Of a stretch of DNA of 64,000 bases, positions 36,709 to 46,545 are shown one piece after another. The stretch is taken from the NCBI GenBank assembly GCA_963750735.1, contig CAVVRY010000014.1:74571-138570 (forward strand). Direction: 5' to 3'. Below the pieces are notes generated by a model. The model did not search any database. It was not told the DNA's origin and was given only the letters and a program-made list of their open reading frames with translations. A program made the translations under genes and the position numbers. Source of the DNA: an uncultured Bacteroidales bacterium. GTDB lineage: Bacteria; Bacteroidota; Bacteroidia; Bacteroidales; VadinHA17. Within the stretch, counting starts at the first letter, position 1. Each line of letters begins with the position of its first letter.

Positions 36709-38169
36709 CTATTTCTCAGGAATATTCTCAAGGGTAGCAAGGAGGAAGTCCCAGAACTTCTTTACGGTTTCAATATTAACTTTTTCATCAGGTGAATGAG
36801 GAAAACGAATAGTAGGACCAAAAGAGATCATATCCCAATTTGGATAAACGCCACCAAGTAAGCCACATTCCAAACCTGCATGAATTCCCTTAATTTCAGG
36901 TATTTTACCATACTTATCATTATACACTTCCTGCATCGTTTTCAGTATTTTAGAGTCCATATTGGGCTTCCAGCCCGGGTACTCTCCATCAAAAACAATA
37001 TTTGCCCCTGCAGGCTCGAAAACTGAAACAAATGTGTTTTTAAGATCTACCATTGCGGTATCAACAGATGAACGCAGAAGACACTGAATATCAACGACTC
37101 CATTATTTGACTTAATAACCGCCATATTAGTAGATGTTTCAACTAGTCCCTCCATATCATTGCTCATCCGAATTACATTGTTCGGTGCCGCATAGACTGC
37201 ATTTACCAGCGAAATTTGAGTTTGCTCATCCATCACGCTGGTGGGAAGATCTGTTTCAGATGCCTTAAAGCTTAGATCTGGCTCAACTCCGGTATATTCA
37301 TTCTGATAAATTTTTTCCATTTCCTCCACCCAATTCAGGACATTGCTTTTTTCACTTTCAGGTATAGTAACAATAGCTATTGATTCTCTTGGAATGGCAT
37401 TCCTTAAACTTCCTCCATCAATGCTGGATAGACACATGTTATGATTTCGAATTCCATACCAGAGGAAACGATTCAATAATTTGTTTGAATTGCCTCTAAA
37501 CAGCGGAATATCAATACCAGAGTGCCCCCCTTTAAGTCCACTAACTTCGAGTTTAAGAGCTATGTGGCCATCTGGGATGGGTTTCTCCTGATAGTTAAAT
37601 GTTATGTTTGCATTTGTTCCACCAGCACATCCTACATAGAGTTCTCCCTCATCCTCTGAATCCATATTGATTAATATGTCACCACTTAAGATACCCGGTT
37701 TCAGACCAAAAGCCCCTGTCATACCAGTTTCTTCATCAATAGTAAAGAGAGCCTCAATAGGACCATGCTTTATATCATTTGATTCAAGAACAGCCATGGC
37801 AGCAGCTACGCCAATACCATTATCTGCTCCAAGCGTTGTGTTATTTGCTGTAACCCATTCACCATCAATATAGGATTCGATCGGATCTTTTTCAAAATCA
37901 TGGACCTTATCGCTATTTTTCTGCGGAACCATATCAAGGTGCCCCTGCAGTACTACTCCAACCATATTTTCCATACCGGCAGTTGCTGGCTTTTTGATGA
38001 TTACATTACCAACTTCATCAACAATTGTTTCCAGGCCCAAATCTTCACCAAACTTCTTCATAAAAGCAATTACCTGCTCTTCTTTCTTTGATGGGCGTGG
38101 AATTTGGGTAAGACTATAAAAATTTCTCCAAATTACCTTTGGGTCAAGTTCAAAAATTTGAGTACTCAT
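36709..38169 (-). CDS. pepD: Aminoacyl-histidine (Xaa-His) dipeptidase PepD, M20C family
   Basis: 486 aa. Motifs are IPRPSKKE near the N-terminus, HLDMVPQK, GADNGIG and DSEDEG. The length is typical of PepD. Confidence 0.9.
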   Translation of the reverse strand: MSTQIFELDPKVIWRNFYSLTQIPRPSKKEEQVIAFMKKFGEDLGLETIVDEVGNVIIKKPATAGMENMVGVVLQGHLDMVPQKNSDKVHDFEKDPIESYIDGEWVTANNTTLGADNGIGVAAAMAVLESNDIKHGPIEALFTIDEETGMTGAFGLKPGILSGDILINMDSEDEGELYVGCAGGTNANITFNYQEKPIPDGHIALKLEVSGLKGGHSGIDIPLFRGNSNKLLNRFLWYGIRNHNMCLSSIDGGSLRNAIPRESIAIVTIPESEKSNVLNWVEEMEKIYQNEYTGVEPDLSFKASETDLPTSVMDEQTQISLVNAVYAAPNNVIRMSNDMEGLVETSTNMAVIKSNNGVVDIQCLLRSSVDTAMVDLKNTFVSVFEPAGANIVFDGEYPGWKPNMDSKILKTMQEVYNDKYGKIPEIKGIHAGLECGLLGGVYPNWDMISFGPTIRFPHSPDEKVNIETVKKFWDFLLATLENIPEK

Positions 38170-38237
38170 TGAATTTTGTTTTAATTTTATTAATTAATCT
38201 GAAATTTGATGTAAAAGAATGATGGATTCAACCTTCC

Positions 38238-39872
38238 TTACTCTTTAATATTTCCAAAAGGCAATTCCAATCCATATTTCTGTTTTGCGTCAGCCTTCTT
38301 GAGCTGCAGCGAAAGGAATATTGAAATAATCCCAAGAATTACAAGCATAAATATGGGCCAGAAATAATTGTATGGTGGAATTTCACCAACTGCCCTCATA
38401 TGGTTAATTTGTTCGCTAATTTCAACTGATGACAAACCCTGAGCTTCCAACTTTTCCCTCGCAGAATCTAGTGCTGCAATAACATCAGGATTTACCATAT
38501 CAAGTACTTTACCAATACCCCAGAAAAAGGCTAAAAGGCCAATATTCTGAATTGTAAACATGGTGGCATAAGCTGTTCCCAAACGACTTTCGGCAACAAT
38601 TTTTGCAACCGAAGGCCACATTGCAGCAGGTACCAAAGAGAAAGCAATACCAAGACTCAATAGTCCTAAATAACCTAGAATTACACTATCGAATAAGGAA
38701 AGTGAAATATGGGCAAATATTAATAACAATGACCCCAGGATCATTACTGAGGCTGCTTTTCCCTTTCTATCAATATAAGATCCAAAAATCGGAGTGAATA
38801 AAATTGTTCCCATCGGAATCAGGCTGGCTGTTTTTGGTCCGTTTTTTAACCAAAGTGAAATGGTCCCCCATAATGAGCCAATAAATGCAATAAACAGGGC
38901 AAGGATGATTAATATAGTTATCAATTTAGCTCCTGTAGTTTTCATCTGAGCAGGAACCATTGAGAAGCCAATTCCAAAAATAAATAATCCAATAAAAATG
39001 AGTGCATTACCCAGGGAAACACTTCCAAATAAACTAAAATAGTTAGCTGATTCGGGCAGGTCATAAGAGAATCCAAACTTATTCACCATTAAGTCTGGTG
39101 CATATTGAATAAACGGGAAAACAGCAGCATAAAAAGAAACACAAAGAAGTGCTATAAAAAGAAAAGATTTGTTGGTAACCAATTTTACAAGATCATCAAA
39201 CTTGAAATCATCTTCTGCTGTACGCTTAACCTCACCCATCTGACGGTCAAGCTTTATATCAAACACGGTATAAACAAGGAAAATTATAAGTGTCAAACCA
39301 ATTAATGTGGCAGCAAAGGCAACTGCTGGAGGTACACTTCCCCCACCAATGTCAATCGATAGAGCGATACCCATAGCAGAACCCAGACGACCAAATCCCA
39401 TGTTAATTGCCATGGCAAGTGCTAACTCATATCCTTTAAACCATTTAACGATTGTCCGTGTGGCAACCACACAAACTACTTCAAGGCCAGAACCAAACAT
39501 CACCCTCCCAATTATCATCATAGTAAGTTGTGTGGAATGGCTTTCTCCAAAAAATCCATAGGAAGCCAAAGCAGTAATTGTTGCTCCAAGAGTTGCCAAT
39601 CCCCCAAATACTATCCCGGCAATTCGAATTCCCCATTTATCCAACATCACCCCTCCTACTATGATCATTCCAAACACATTAGCAATTGTGGTTAGCCCAA
39701 TCATTCGTCCAAATTCCTCACTTGTAAAACCCATTTCAGATTCCATAAGGCCTTTAAGACCCGAGAAAAAGTCCTGAAACCAGTATGTGGAGAACATCAA
39801 CATGCTTACAAGTATCAACATTGCCCAGCGCATGGCAGGCTTGTCTCGAAGAGTTTTCTGTATTGCTTCCAT
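38238..39872 (-). CDS. MFS transporter (substrate unknown)
   Basis: 544 aa with about 12 TM helices in two bundles and a central charged loop. It lies directly upstream of pepD on the same strand. Confidence 0.75.
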   Translation of the reverse strand: MEAIQKTLRDKPAMRWAMLILVSMLMFSTYWFQDFFSGLKGLMESEMGFTSEEFGRMIGLTTIANVFGMIIVGGVMLDKWGIRIAGIVFGGLATLGATITALASYGFFGESHSTQLTMMIIGRVMFGSGLEVVCVVATRTIVKWFKGYELALAMAINMGFGRLGSAMGIALSIDIGGGSVPPAVAFAATLIGLTLIIFLVYTVFDIKLDRQMGEVKRTAEDDFKFDDLVKLVTNKSFLFIALLCVSFYAAVFPFIQYAPDLMVNKFGFSYDLPESANYFSLFGSVSLGNALIFIGLFIFGIGFSMVPAQMKTTGAKLITILIILALFIAFIGSLWGTISLWLKNGPKTASLIPMGTILFTPIFGSYIDRKGKAASVMILGSLLLIFAHISLSLFDSVILGYLGLLSLGIAFSLVPAAMWPSVAKIVAESRLGTAYATMFTIQNIGLLAFFWGIGKVLDMVNPDVIAALDSAREKLEAQGLSSVEISEQINHMRAVGEIPPYNYFWPIFMLVILGIISIFLSLQLKKADAKQKYGLELPFGNIKE

Positions 39873-40155
39873 TTTTTATTGATTAGTTTATTATGTGATT
39901 TCAAAAATATAAAAATTATGTAGACATTGCCTTTATCTCTTACATTTGTTGAATGAATGATCTCTAACCATAACTAATTTTATAAATACACGTTAAATAA
40001 ATTTGCGGGGATTTTGATATTTACTGATTTTCCGTCAGTTACCAGACAATTATGCATGACAAACATATATATATTTGTACATATATTAATAATTCTGTAC
40101 TTGGTATACTTTTTGTATTAGTGTTTTATAACATATAGATTTAAAACTATTAAAA

Positions 40156-40689
40156 ATGAAAAAGATATTGTTTTTTGTCATTTTGATCAGCGGATTAGGA
40201 GTAACATCTTTTGGTCAGGACAGTGAAAAAGTGAAATGGTATTCCATTGAAGAGGTTACCAAATTGAATCAGGAAAATCCAAGGAAAATTTTTGTTGATT
40301 TATATACCGATTGGTGCGGTTGGTGCAAAAAATTGGACCAAACAACCTTTATTGATCCAGTAATCGTTGAGCTTTTAAATTCTGAATTTTATGCTGTTAA
40401 GTTTAACGCTGAATCTAAAGAGCCGATTGATTTTGGTGGTAAAACTTTTGTCAACGAAGGCACCGGGTCAAGAAATCCTCATCAGCTGGCCGTAGCTATG
40501 CTTCAAGGAAAAATGTCATACCCATCTGCAGCATATATGGATGAAAACTTACAGCTTATAACTGTTGTCCCAGGTTATCTTACAGCAAAAGACCTTGAAC
40601 CTATATTGAGTTTCTTTGCTAAGGATAGTTTTAAACAAGGAGTAAGCTACCAGGATTTCTTAAAGACTTTTGAGGGAAAAGCACAGTAA
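40156..40689 (+). CDS. Secreted thioredoxin-fold protein (WCGWC active site)
   Basis: 177 aa with a signal peptide. The CxxC motif lies in the context DLYTDWCGWCKKLD. Confidence 0.8.
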   Translation: MKKILFFVILISGLGVTSFGQDSEKVKWYSIEEVTKLNQENPRKIFVDLYTDWCGWCKKLDQTTFIDPVIVELLNSEFYAVKFNAESKEPIDFGGKTFVNEGTGSRNPHQLAVAMLQGKMSYPSAAYMDENLQLITVVPGYLTAKDLEPILSFFAKDSFKQGVSYQDFLKTFEGKAQ

Positions 40690-40733
40690 TATTTTCCCAA
40701 AGATTAGGTTAAAGATAGAAGCACTTCCTAAAT

Positions 40734-41849
40734 TTACTTAGGTGGCAGATAAAGATTTTCTGGAAGACGGAAAATTGTCCCTAATTGGGATATAAGAAGT
40801 CTCTTTTTGGTTAATAGATTTTCACCATCAATAACTTCAATATTGCATGGATTTGGAACCCTGTATACCAGATCTGAACTTCTCACTGTTTCATTTTGAT
40901 TTTCTAGCTTCGAAAATTTTCCTGAATCATTTAAACCTTCAATTTTAATATGAATGGGCCTTCCAGTTAAGTCATTTTCTGGCAGGACTCCATTTTCAGC
41001 AGAAAACCTGAATAACACAATTCTATTCCCTTCCGTTCCAACATCGGGGACGATTTCAAATATTTTCTTTTCCTCTTTCCGGATTACTTTTCCAACAAAA
41101 AGAGCGAGGTACTCGTTTTCAAGTTGGATTAGCTCCTTTATGGCATACTCCAAAGCAATCCCTTCTGGAAACACATCATATTGACCTGAAAGTAACTTGA
41201 ACCGTCGTTTCCGTATTTTTATAATAAAGTTTGCAGCTTCCTCAGCTTTTGAATCATCACTTTTTAAATTCGATTTTAGTTGAACATGAGGGACCCGTAC
41301 AAATCCGGTATCTGACTCAATAAGCCTATATATTGTATCTGGTTTTTCAGTCAAGTTTCTTTTAACTGTTTTATCCGTGAAGAAAATTTCATCACCAGCT
41401 ATACTCTCAATCTCATGAATAACTTGATTGTCGCTATAGATATTAGGATTAGATGTAAGAACCAAACCTTCCCTGGTAAGATGCAGATAATTTGAGTAAA
41501 CATTGCCTGTAGAATTTACTACATAATATTGATCAGGGTCAATCTCATCGTAAGAATTTATATTAACTGAGTTAAGTATCCATTCCATTTGATCCGCCTG
41601 AATACCCTCCTCAATTCCCAGGTATTTTTTTGCGTACCGGTAATAAGGTCCTCTTTTTTTTGTCACTTTAGTAGCTGTGACTTCTACATTCAGCACTGTA
41701 CGGGGAAGTGCATAAACAATTGGATTAGAGCCAGACTGCACTCCTCCATTCAATGGTTCAACTGTTCTGCTTACTGTTGGTTCAGTTGTCTGGCAGGAGT
41801 ATAATAAAACTAAAACAATTGGGACAATGAGTATTTTGGTAAGTTTCAT
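40734..41849 (-). CDS. Hypothetical lipoprotein (possibly DUF4831 family)
   Basis: 371 aa with a lipobox (VLVLLYSC). The family assignment comes from memory of similar Bacteroidota lipoproteins and is unverified. Confidence 0.4.
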   Translation of the reverse strand: MKLTKILIVPIVLVLLYSCQTTEPTVSRTVEPLNGGVQSGSNPIVYALPRTVLNVEVTATKVTKKRGPYYRYAKKYLGIEEGIQADQMEWILNSVNINSYDEIDPDQYYVVNSTGNVYSNYLHLTREGLVLTSNPNIYSDNQVIHEIESIAGDEIFFTDKTVKRNLTEKPDTIYRLIESDTGFVRVPHVQLKSNLKSDDSKAEEAANFIIKIRKRRFKLLSGQYDVFPEGIALEYAIKELIQLENEYLALFVGKVIRKEEKKIFEIVPDVGTEGNRIVLFRFSAENGVLPENDLTGRPIHIKIEGLNDSGKFSKLENQNETVRSSDLVYRVPNPCNIEVIDGENLLTKKRLLISQLGTIFRLPENLYLPPK

Positions 41850-41914
41850 TTTATCTATTTTTATTTGTTGTAAAATTAAACAATAATCCTTTTTGTTTTA
41901 AGACGAATATCAGA

Positions 41915-43006
41915 TTACTCGTTAAGACTTAAAAAAGCATTGCCAAGATTATTAATTATATCTGATGCAGTTAATGCCTCCTCCCCCAGATAATCCCTGG
42001 CAAGATCTCCTGCCGTACCGTGAATAAAAACTCCAATGATTGCTGCCAATAAAGGCTCATACCCCTGGCTCAATAAGGATAATACAATTCCGGTGAGGAC
42101 ATCCCCACTTCCTGCAGTTGCCATACCAGGATTACCGGTTGAATTAAAAAAACATCTTCCGTCAGGCGATGTTATTGAAGTATAAGCTCCCTTTAAAACT
42201 ACAATTACTTTGTGCTTAATTGAAAACTCGATCTGCATCAAATGACGATTATAACCACTCTCAGCTTTTTCAGTTAATCTTTCAAATTCTTTCGGATGAG
42301 GAGTTAAAATACTGTTTTCCGGCAGTTTATTGAACCAGTCCTGGTTTTGTGCAAGTATATTCAAGGCATCTGCATCAATTACTATGGGTTTCTTTGTTTC
42401 TTCGATTAGCATTTGTAAGCCAGCCTGAGAATTATTTCGACAACCCAGAGCAGGTCCCACACCTATTGCATTGTATTCGCTTAAATCAGGAGGCTGAGAA
42501 AATAAAATATCCGACTGATCAAAACTGATCATAGCCTCTGGAACCGATATTTGCATTATATCATTGCCCATGCGAGGTATATGAGTAGTTAATAAACCAA
42601 CTCCCGAACTAAGGCATGCCTGTGAAGCAAGAACTGCAGCCCCCATCTTGCCATAACAACCCGATATCAGGAGTGCATGGCCAAATGTACCTTTGTGGCT
42701 AAACTTATTCCTATGCTTCTTATTTGCTTTTATAAAATCTTTCGTAACATAAAAATAAGGTGTGTTCTTCTGTTGAATTATTTCTGGATGAAGTCCAATA
42801 GGCAATACTTCCCAATCACCTGTAAAAGACTCATTTTCAGCAAAAAGAAAGGAGAGTTTAGGAAACTGCAACGGCAATGTAAAATTAGCCTGTATTATAT
42901 TTTCCAGGATATTACCTGAATTGCTTTCGCCCATTAAGCCAGAAGGAATATCGATTGAGACTATTTGAGCAAAAGAATTGTTTAAATGTGCGATTAATTC
43001 TTGCAT
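41915..43006 (-). CDS. nnr: NAD(P)H-hydrate repair enzyme Nnr, C-terminal piece (end of epimerase domain plus complete ADP-dependent dehydratase domain)
   Basis: 363 aa. It begins mid-domain (ELIAHLN...IVSIDIPSGL) and continues with KGTFGHALLISG...GSGDVLTGIV carbohydrate-kinase-fold motifs. It overlaps the N-terminal piece by 13 nt in another frame. Confidence 0.85.
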   Translation of the reverse strand: MQELIAHLNNSFAQIVSIDIPSGLMGESNSGNILENIIQANFTLPLQFPKLSFLFAENESFTGDWEVLPIGLHPEIIQQKNTPYFYVTKDFIKANKKHRNKFSHKGTFGHALLISGCYGKMGAAVLASQACLSSGVGLLTTHIPRMGNDIMQISVPEAMISFDQSDILFSQPPDLSEYNAIGVGPALGCRNNSQAGLQMLIEETKKPIVIDADALNILAQNQDWFNKLPENSILTPHPKEFERLTEKAESGYNRHLMQIEFSIKHKVIVVLKGAYTSITSPDGRCFFNSTGNPGMATAGSGDVLTGIVLSLLSQGYEPLLAAIIGVFIHGTAGDLARDYLGEEALTASDIINNLGNAFLSLNE

Positions 43007-43446
43007 AAGAATCCTGAAAGTGGTCTGGTAAGTCCAGACCCGAAAATAGCATCCAGAATCAAATCTACCTTCTCCAATTCCGGAAAATCTTTTTCATTGC
43101 GAATTTCCTTTATACCTACTTTGTTCTGATTCTCAAGCCTGGACAAATTTATATTATAATTGTCTGATACCTTTTCTGAAAACTTAATTAAGTATACAAT
43201 AACTGTAAATCCCTTGTCGGCGAGCATCCTGGCTACAGCCAGGCCATCACCACCATTGTTGCCATTTCCAACGAAAACTTTAACAGGTGTTGCTTTGTGA
43301 AAATTATCCACCAACCAGCTATATATTGATTTTGCTGCTCTTTCCATAAGATCAATTGAAGAAATTGGCTCATTCTCCATGGTATATGAATCAATTTCTC
43401 TAATCTGATCTGTCTTGAAAATCTTATTTAGTAAATCAAAGTCCAT
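42994..43446 (-). CDS. nnr: NAD(P)H-hydrate repair enzyme Nnr, N-terminal piece (YjeF_N epimerase domain, truncated)
   Basis: 150 aa with the GNGNNGGDGLAVAR motif. It ends ...DAIFGSGLTRPLSGFLCKN*, where intact homologs continue into the sequence encoded by 41915-43006. Confidence 0.85.
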   Translation of the reverse strand: MDFDLLNKIFKTDQIREIDSYTMENEPISSIDLMERAAKSIYSWLVDNFHKATPVKVFVGNGNNGGDGLAVARMLADKGFTVIVYLIKFSEKVSDNYNINLSRLENQNKVGIKEIRNEKDFPELEKVDLILDAIFGSGLTRPLSGFLCKN

Positions 43447-43586
43447 CTAACAATAATAGAAATAACCATAAATATTCAAACCATCAGGCATATCCACAAA
43501 TTTAAATCCTTCCTCCCTGAAAAAAAACTTTTTATGCAATTAGTTATTGTAGAGTTTTCAATTTCGTCTTCTCAAAAAAAGATTTC

Positions 43587-43594
43587 TATATTTG
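43587..43594 (+). promoter_or_regulatory. Candidate -7 promoter box (TATATTTG) for the POT transporter gene
   Basis: Matches TAnnTTTG and lies 42 nt upstream of the ATG at 43636. Confidence 0.35.
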
Positions 43595-43635
43595 TCACTT
43601 TATAAAATTTATAATTCACCTTAAAATCAATTAAC

Positions 43636-45330
43636 ATGTTAAAAGGACACCCCAAAGGATTATATGTTTTTTTATTTGCAAATATGGGTGAGCGATTTGG
43701 TTATTATACCATGCTTGCAATATTTATCCTTTTTATTCAGGCCAAATTTGGAATGAATGCGGAAGAGGCAGGAAGGGTTTATGGCACATTTCTTTTTGGA
43801 ATTTATTTCATACCTCTCCTTGGAGGTGTAATTGCAGATAAGCTGCTAGGATTTGGAAAGACTATTACCACTGGTATTTTCCTCATGATAGGGGGGTACT
43901 TCCTTCTGGCTCAACCAGGGTCAGGGAAATTTGTAATCTACATTGCTTTAACCATTATTTCATTTGGTACCGGTTTTTTCAAGGGTAATCTTCAGGCTCT
44001 TGTTGGTAAGCTTTACGATGATTCAAAATTTGATAAATATCGTGATGCTGCATTTTGGATTTTCTATATGGGTATTAACATTGGTGCTTTCTTTGCTCCC
44101 TCTGCCGCACAGGCGATGAGCAACTGGATCCTGAAAAAGGGAGATCTTATGTACAATGCCAATATTCCAAGCATGGCTCATGATTTCCTCAATTCTGTTC
44201 AATCTGGGGTTCCTTATGAAAAAACAGCCGAATTAACTGAGCTCGCAAAAAACTCAATAATTGAAGGGTCCTCTTATACATTCACCAACCTTACAGACTT
44301 TAGTAATCATTACATTGAGACCTTAAGCCAATCATATAGTTACGGATTTGGTATTGCAGCCGTAAGTATTGCATTTTCCCTTTTGATTTTCCTTGGGTTC
44401 AGGAAAACTTACAAGCATGTTGATGTAATGCACAAGCATGCCGTAAAGGATGAATCGTCTAATATCCTAAAGCTTACTCCGGAGCAATATAGAAAAAGAC
44501 TTGTAGCATTAGGACTTGTATTTATTGTAAATATTTTTTTCTGGATGGCTTTCCATCAAAATGGATTTACATTGACCATATTTGCCAGGGACTACACCTT
44601 TACTGAGGTTACAGCTTTCACCTATGCATTTTTTGACCTCAGGGCATTCTTGCCTATAATTACCACAATTATTGGTCTGGTGCTATTATTTGGCAAAAAT
44701 AACAGCAAGCTGACAAAGTTGATTGGAATTAGCCTATCTGTAATATCTGCTGCTATTGCCTATTTTGTGATTAGTGGTTTTGATCCAAAAATGCCAATAA
44801 GTCCAATTATTTTCCAGCAGTTTAACCCAATATTCATTGTGTTTCTAACGCCTTTGATTATTGGAATTTTTACTATGATGAACAAAAAAGGTTTAGAACC
44901 CAGTTCTCCAAGAAAAATTGGAATTGGACTTATCCTGGCTGGTTTAAGCTTCGTGATAATGATTATAGCCGCAAAAGGATTGGTCGCTCCCAGAGATTTC
45001 GTTGCTGGATCATTAGCTGACTCAATGCGGGTTACACCTTATTGGCTAATTGCTACCTATTTCAGCTTAACTGTTTCAGAATTATTTTATAGCCCAATCG
45101 GCCTGTCTTTTGTATCAAAAGTGGCCCCACCAAGTTTGTCAGGGATTATGCAGGGAGGTTGGCTTGCTTCAACTGCAATTGGAAATGCCCTTGCTGGATT
45201 AATCGGTCCATTCTGGGCAAAATGGGAAATGTGGCAATTCTTTTTGTTGCTTGTGGTTATGTTATTCCTTTCTTCAGCTTTTATCTTTAGCATAATGAAA
45301 ACACTTGAAAATGCTACAAAAACTGATTAA
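43636..45330 (+). CDS. Proton-dependent oligopeptide transporter (POT/PTR2 family, DtpT-like)
   Basis: 564 aa. Contains the PTR2 signature FANMGERFGYYTM (ExxERFxYY) and a second signature region (FGTGFFKGN). It is polytopic. Confidence 0.9.
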   Translation: MLKGHPKGLYVFLFANMGERFGYYTMLAIFILFIQAKFGMNAEEAGRVYGTFLFGIYFIPLLGGVIADKLLGFGKTITTGIFLMIGGYFLLAQPGSGKFVIYIALTIISFGTGFFKGNLQALVGKLYDDSKFDKYRDAAFWIFYMGINIGAFFAPSAAQAMSNWILKKGDLMYNANIPSMAHDFLNSVQSGVPYEKTAELTELAKNSIIEGSSYTFTNLTDFSNHYIETLSQSYSYGFGIAAVSIAFSLLIFLGFRKTYKHVDVMHKHAVKDESSNILKLTPEQYRKRLVALGLVFIVNIFFWMAFHQNGFTLTIFARDYTFTEVTAFTYAFFDLRAFLPIITTIIGLVLLFGKNNSKLTKLIGISLSVISAAIAYFVISGFDPKMPISPIIFQQFNPIFIVFLTPLIIGIFTMMNKKGLEPSSPRKIGIGLILAGLSFVIMIIAAKGLVAPRDFVAGSLADSMRVTPYWLIATYFSLTVSELFYSPIGLSFVSKVAPPSLSGIMQGGWLASTAIGNALAGLIGPFWAKWEMWQFFLLLVVMLFLSSAFIFSIMKTLENATKTD

Positions 45331-45350
45331 TATTAAAAATATTGTTTCAA

Positions 45351-45382
45351 AAAACCTTACCGATTCTGGTAAGGTTTTTTTA
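45351..45382 (+). terminator. Rho-independent terminator after the POT transporter gene
   Basis: A 9-bp stem (aaccttacc, 45353-45361, pairs with ggtaaggtt, 45368-45376) is followed by T-rich tract tttttatt (45377-45384; feature end at 45382). Confidence 0.8.
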
Positions 45383-45552
45383 TTTATAGTTCTTTCCTAA
45401 TTCATCTTGACCCCTACGACTTTCTTTGCCAGAGTTAGAACTTATAACATATTTTCGAGTTGGTTCAAATTATTTAATGCCCTATTTAATTCCTTATATT
45501 TTGAAACTTTGGATTTAAAATAGCGTTAAATAAAAAAAGTTGCTATTCCAAA

Positions 45553-45978
45553 GTGGAAACTAATTCTTCAAAATACAAAAAAGGAGCAAAATCTCAATTA
45601 AGACCATTGGAGATTAAAGGAGCTGTTAAAACTCCAAGCATTGTCTATTCTCCTGATGAGAATTATTTTGAGATTAGTGGAAAATCAATCCCTGAAGATC
45701 ACAATACTTTTTTTAAGCCTGTTCTTGATTGGTTGGATGATTTTACAGCAAACCCACCAGATAAGACACAGTTTGATATAAATCTGGAATATTTTAATAC
45801 AAGTTCATCGAAAATTCTGCTTAGAATCTTTAAAACTCTTGAAAAGGTGCAACTTAGGAATAAGCAAATAGAAGTTAAGTGGCATTTTGAAGAAGATGAT
45901 TTGGATATGAAAGAATGTGGCCAGGATTTTAGTGCTATGGTGAATATCCCTTTCACTTTAATCGAAGAAGAAGAATAA
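45553..45978 (+). CDS. DUF1987 / SiaC-family regulatory protein
   Basis: 141 aa from GTG 45553; an alternative TTG at 45607 would give MEIKGAVKTP... Motifs are FEISGKSIPEDHNTFFKPVLDWL, NLEYFNTSSSKILL and WHFEEDDLDMKECGQDF, with an acidic tail. Confidence 0.75.
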   Translation: METNSSKYKKGAKSQLRPLEIKGAVKTPSIVYSPDENYFEISGKSIPEDHNTFFKPVLDWLDDFTANPPDKTQFDINLEYFNTSSSKILLRIFKTLEKVQLRNKQIEVKWHFEEDDLDMKECGQDFSAMVNIPFTLIEEEE

Positions 45979-46162
45979 CACCTCAAAACTTTTCCAACTT
46001 TCTCAGGAATATCAATCACTGCCTGAAATTGACATCTTCTGTTTTTTTCTCAAAATTAAGGAAGAAAAAACTGGGGAGAAACCAATTGAAAAAAACTTAA
46101 ATTATTGTTCCCCTCTTTCCTATTCATGCTATCTTTGATCAAACTTGAATACAATTTGTAAT

Positions 46163-46504
46163 ATGTCAGAAATCAAAGAAATAACAGATGCATTAAAACA
46201 GTTCAGGGATGCCCGAAATTGGTCACAATTTCACAATGTAAAGGATCTTTCCCTGGCTTTATCAATTGAAGCAGCCGAACTAAATGAACTATTTTTGTGG
46301 AAACGGGAGGATGAACTTGAGAAAGTTGACCAGCTTAAAGTTCAGGAAGAGCTGGCAGATATATTTTCTTTTGCCTTTCTTATTGCAGAAAAATATGATT
46401 TCAATATCCCTGAAATAATATTTGACAAGATTTCAAAAAACAATAAGAAATATCCAATTGAAAAATCAAAAGGGAATGCTCAAAAATATAATGAGTTGAA
46501 ATAG
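46163..46504 (+). CDS. MazG-like nucleotide pyrophosphohydrolase (dCTPase-like small all-alpha NTP-PPase)
   Basis: ~113 aa. Motifs are FRDARNWSQFHNVKDLSLALSIEAAELNELFLWK and ELADIFSF (EExxE/D metal motifs). ATG 46163 is preferred to TTG 46145. Confidence 0.8.
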   Translation: MSEIKEITDALKQFRDARNWSQFHNVKDLSLALSIEAAELNELFLWKREDELEKVDQLKVQEELADIFSFAFLIAEKYDFNIPEIIFDKISKNNKKYPIEKSKGNAQKYNELK

Positions 46505-46545
46505 TGTATTTATAAGAAAAGTTACAATTTAAAATTAACTATTGC

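Noticed and set aside
39930-40090. Additional TAnnTTTG boxes (TACATTTG ~39940, TATATTTG ~40070) upstream of the thioredoxin-fold gene
   Set aside because: They lie 80-210 nt from the start codon in an AT-rich region where the 8-mer is expected by chance. I cannot decide which, if any, is functional.
45699-46019. 106-aa minus-strand ORF overlapping the DUF1987 gene
   Set aside because: The plus-strand frame carries the recognisable DUF1987 motifs, and the antisense frame is Ser/Lys-rich with no signature.
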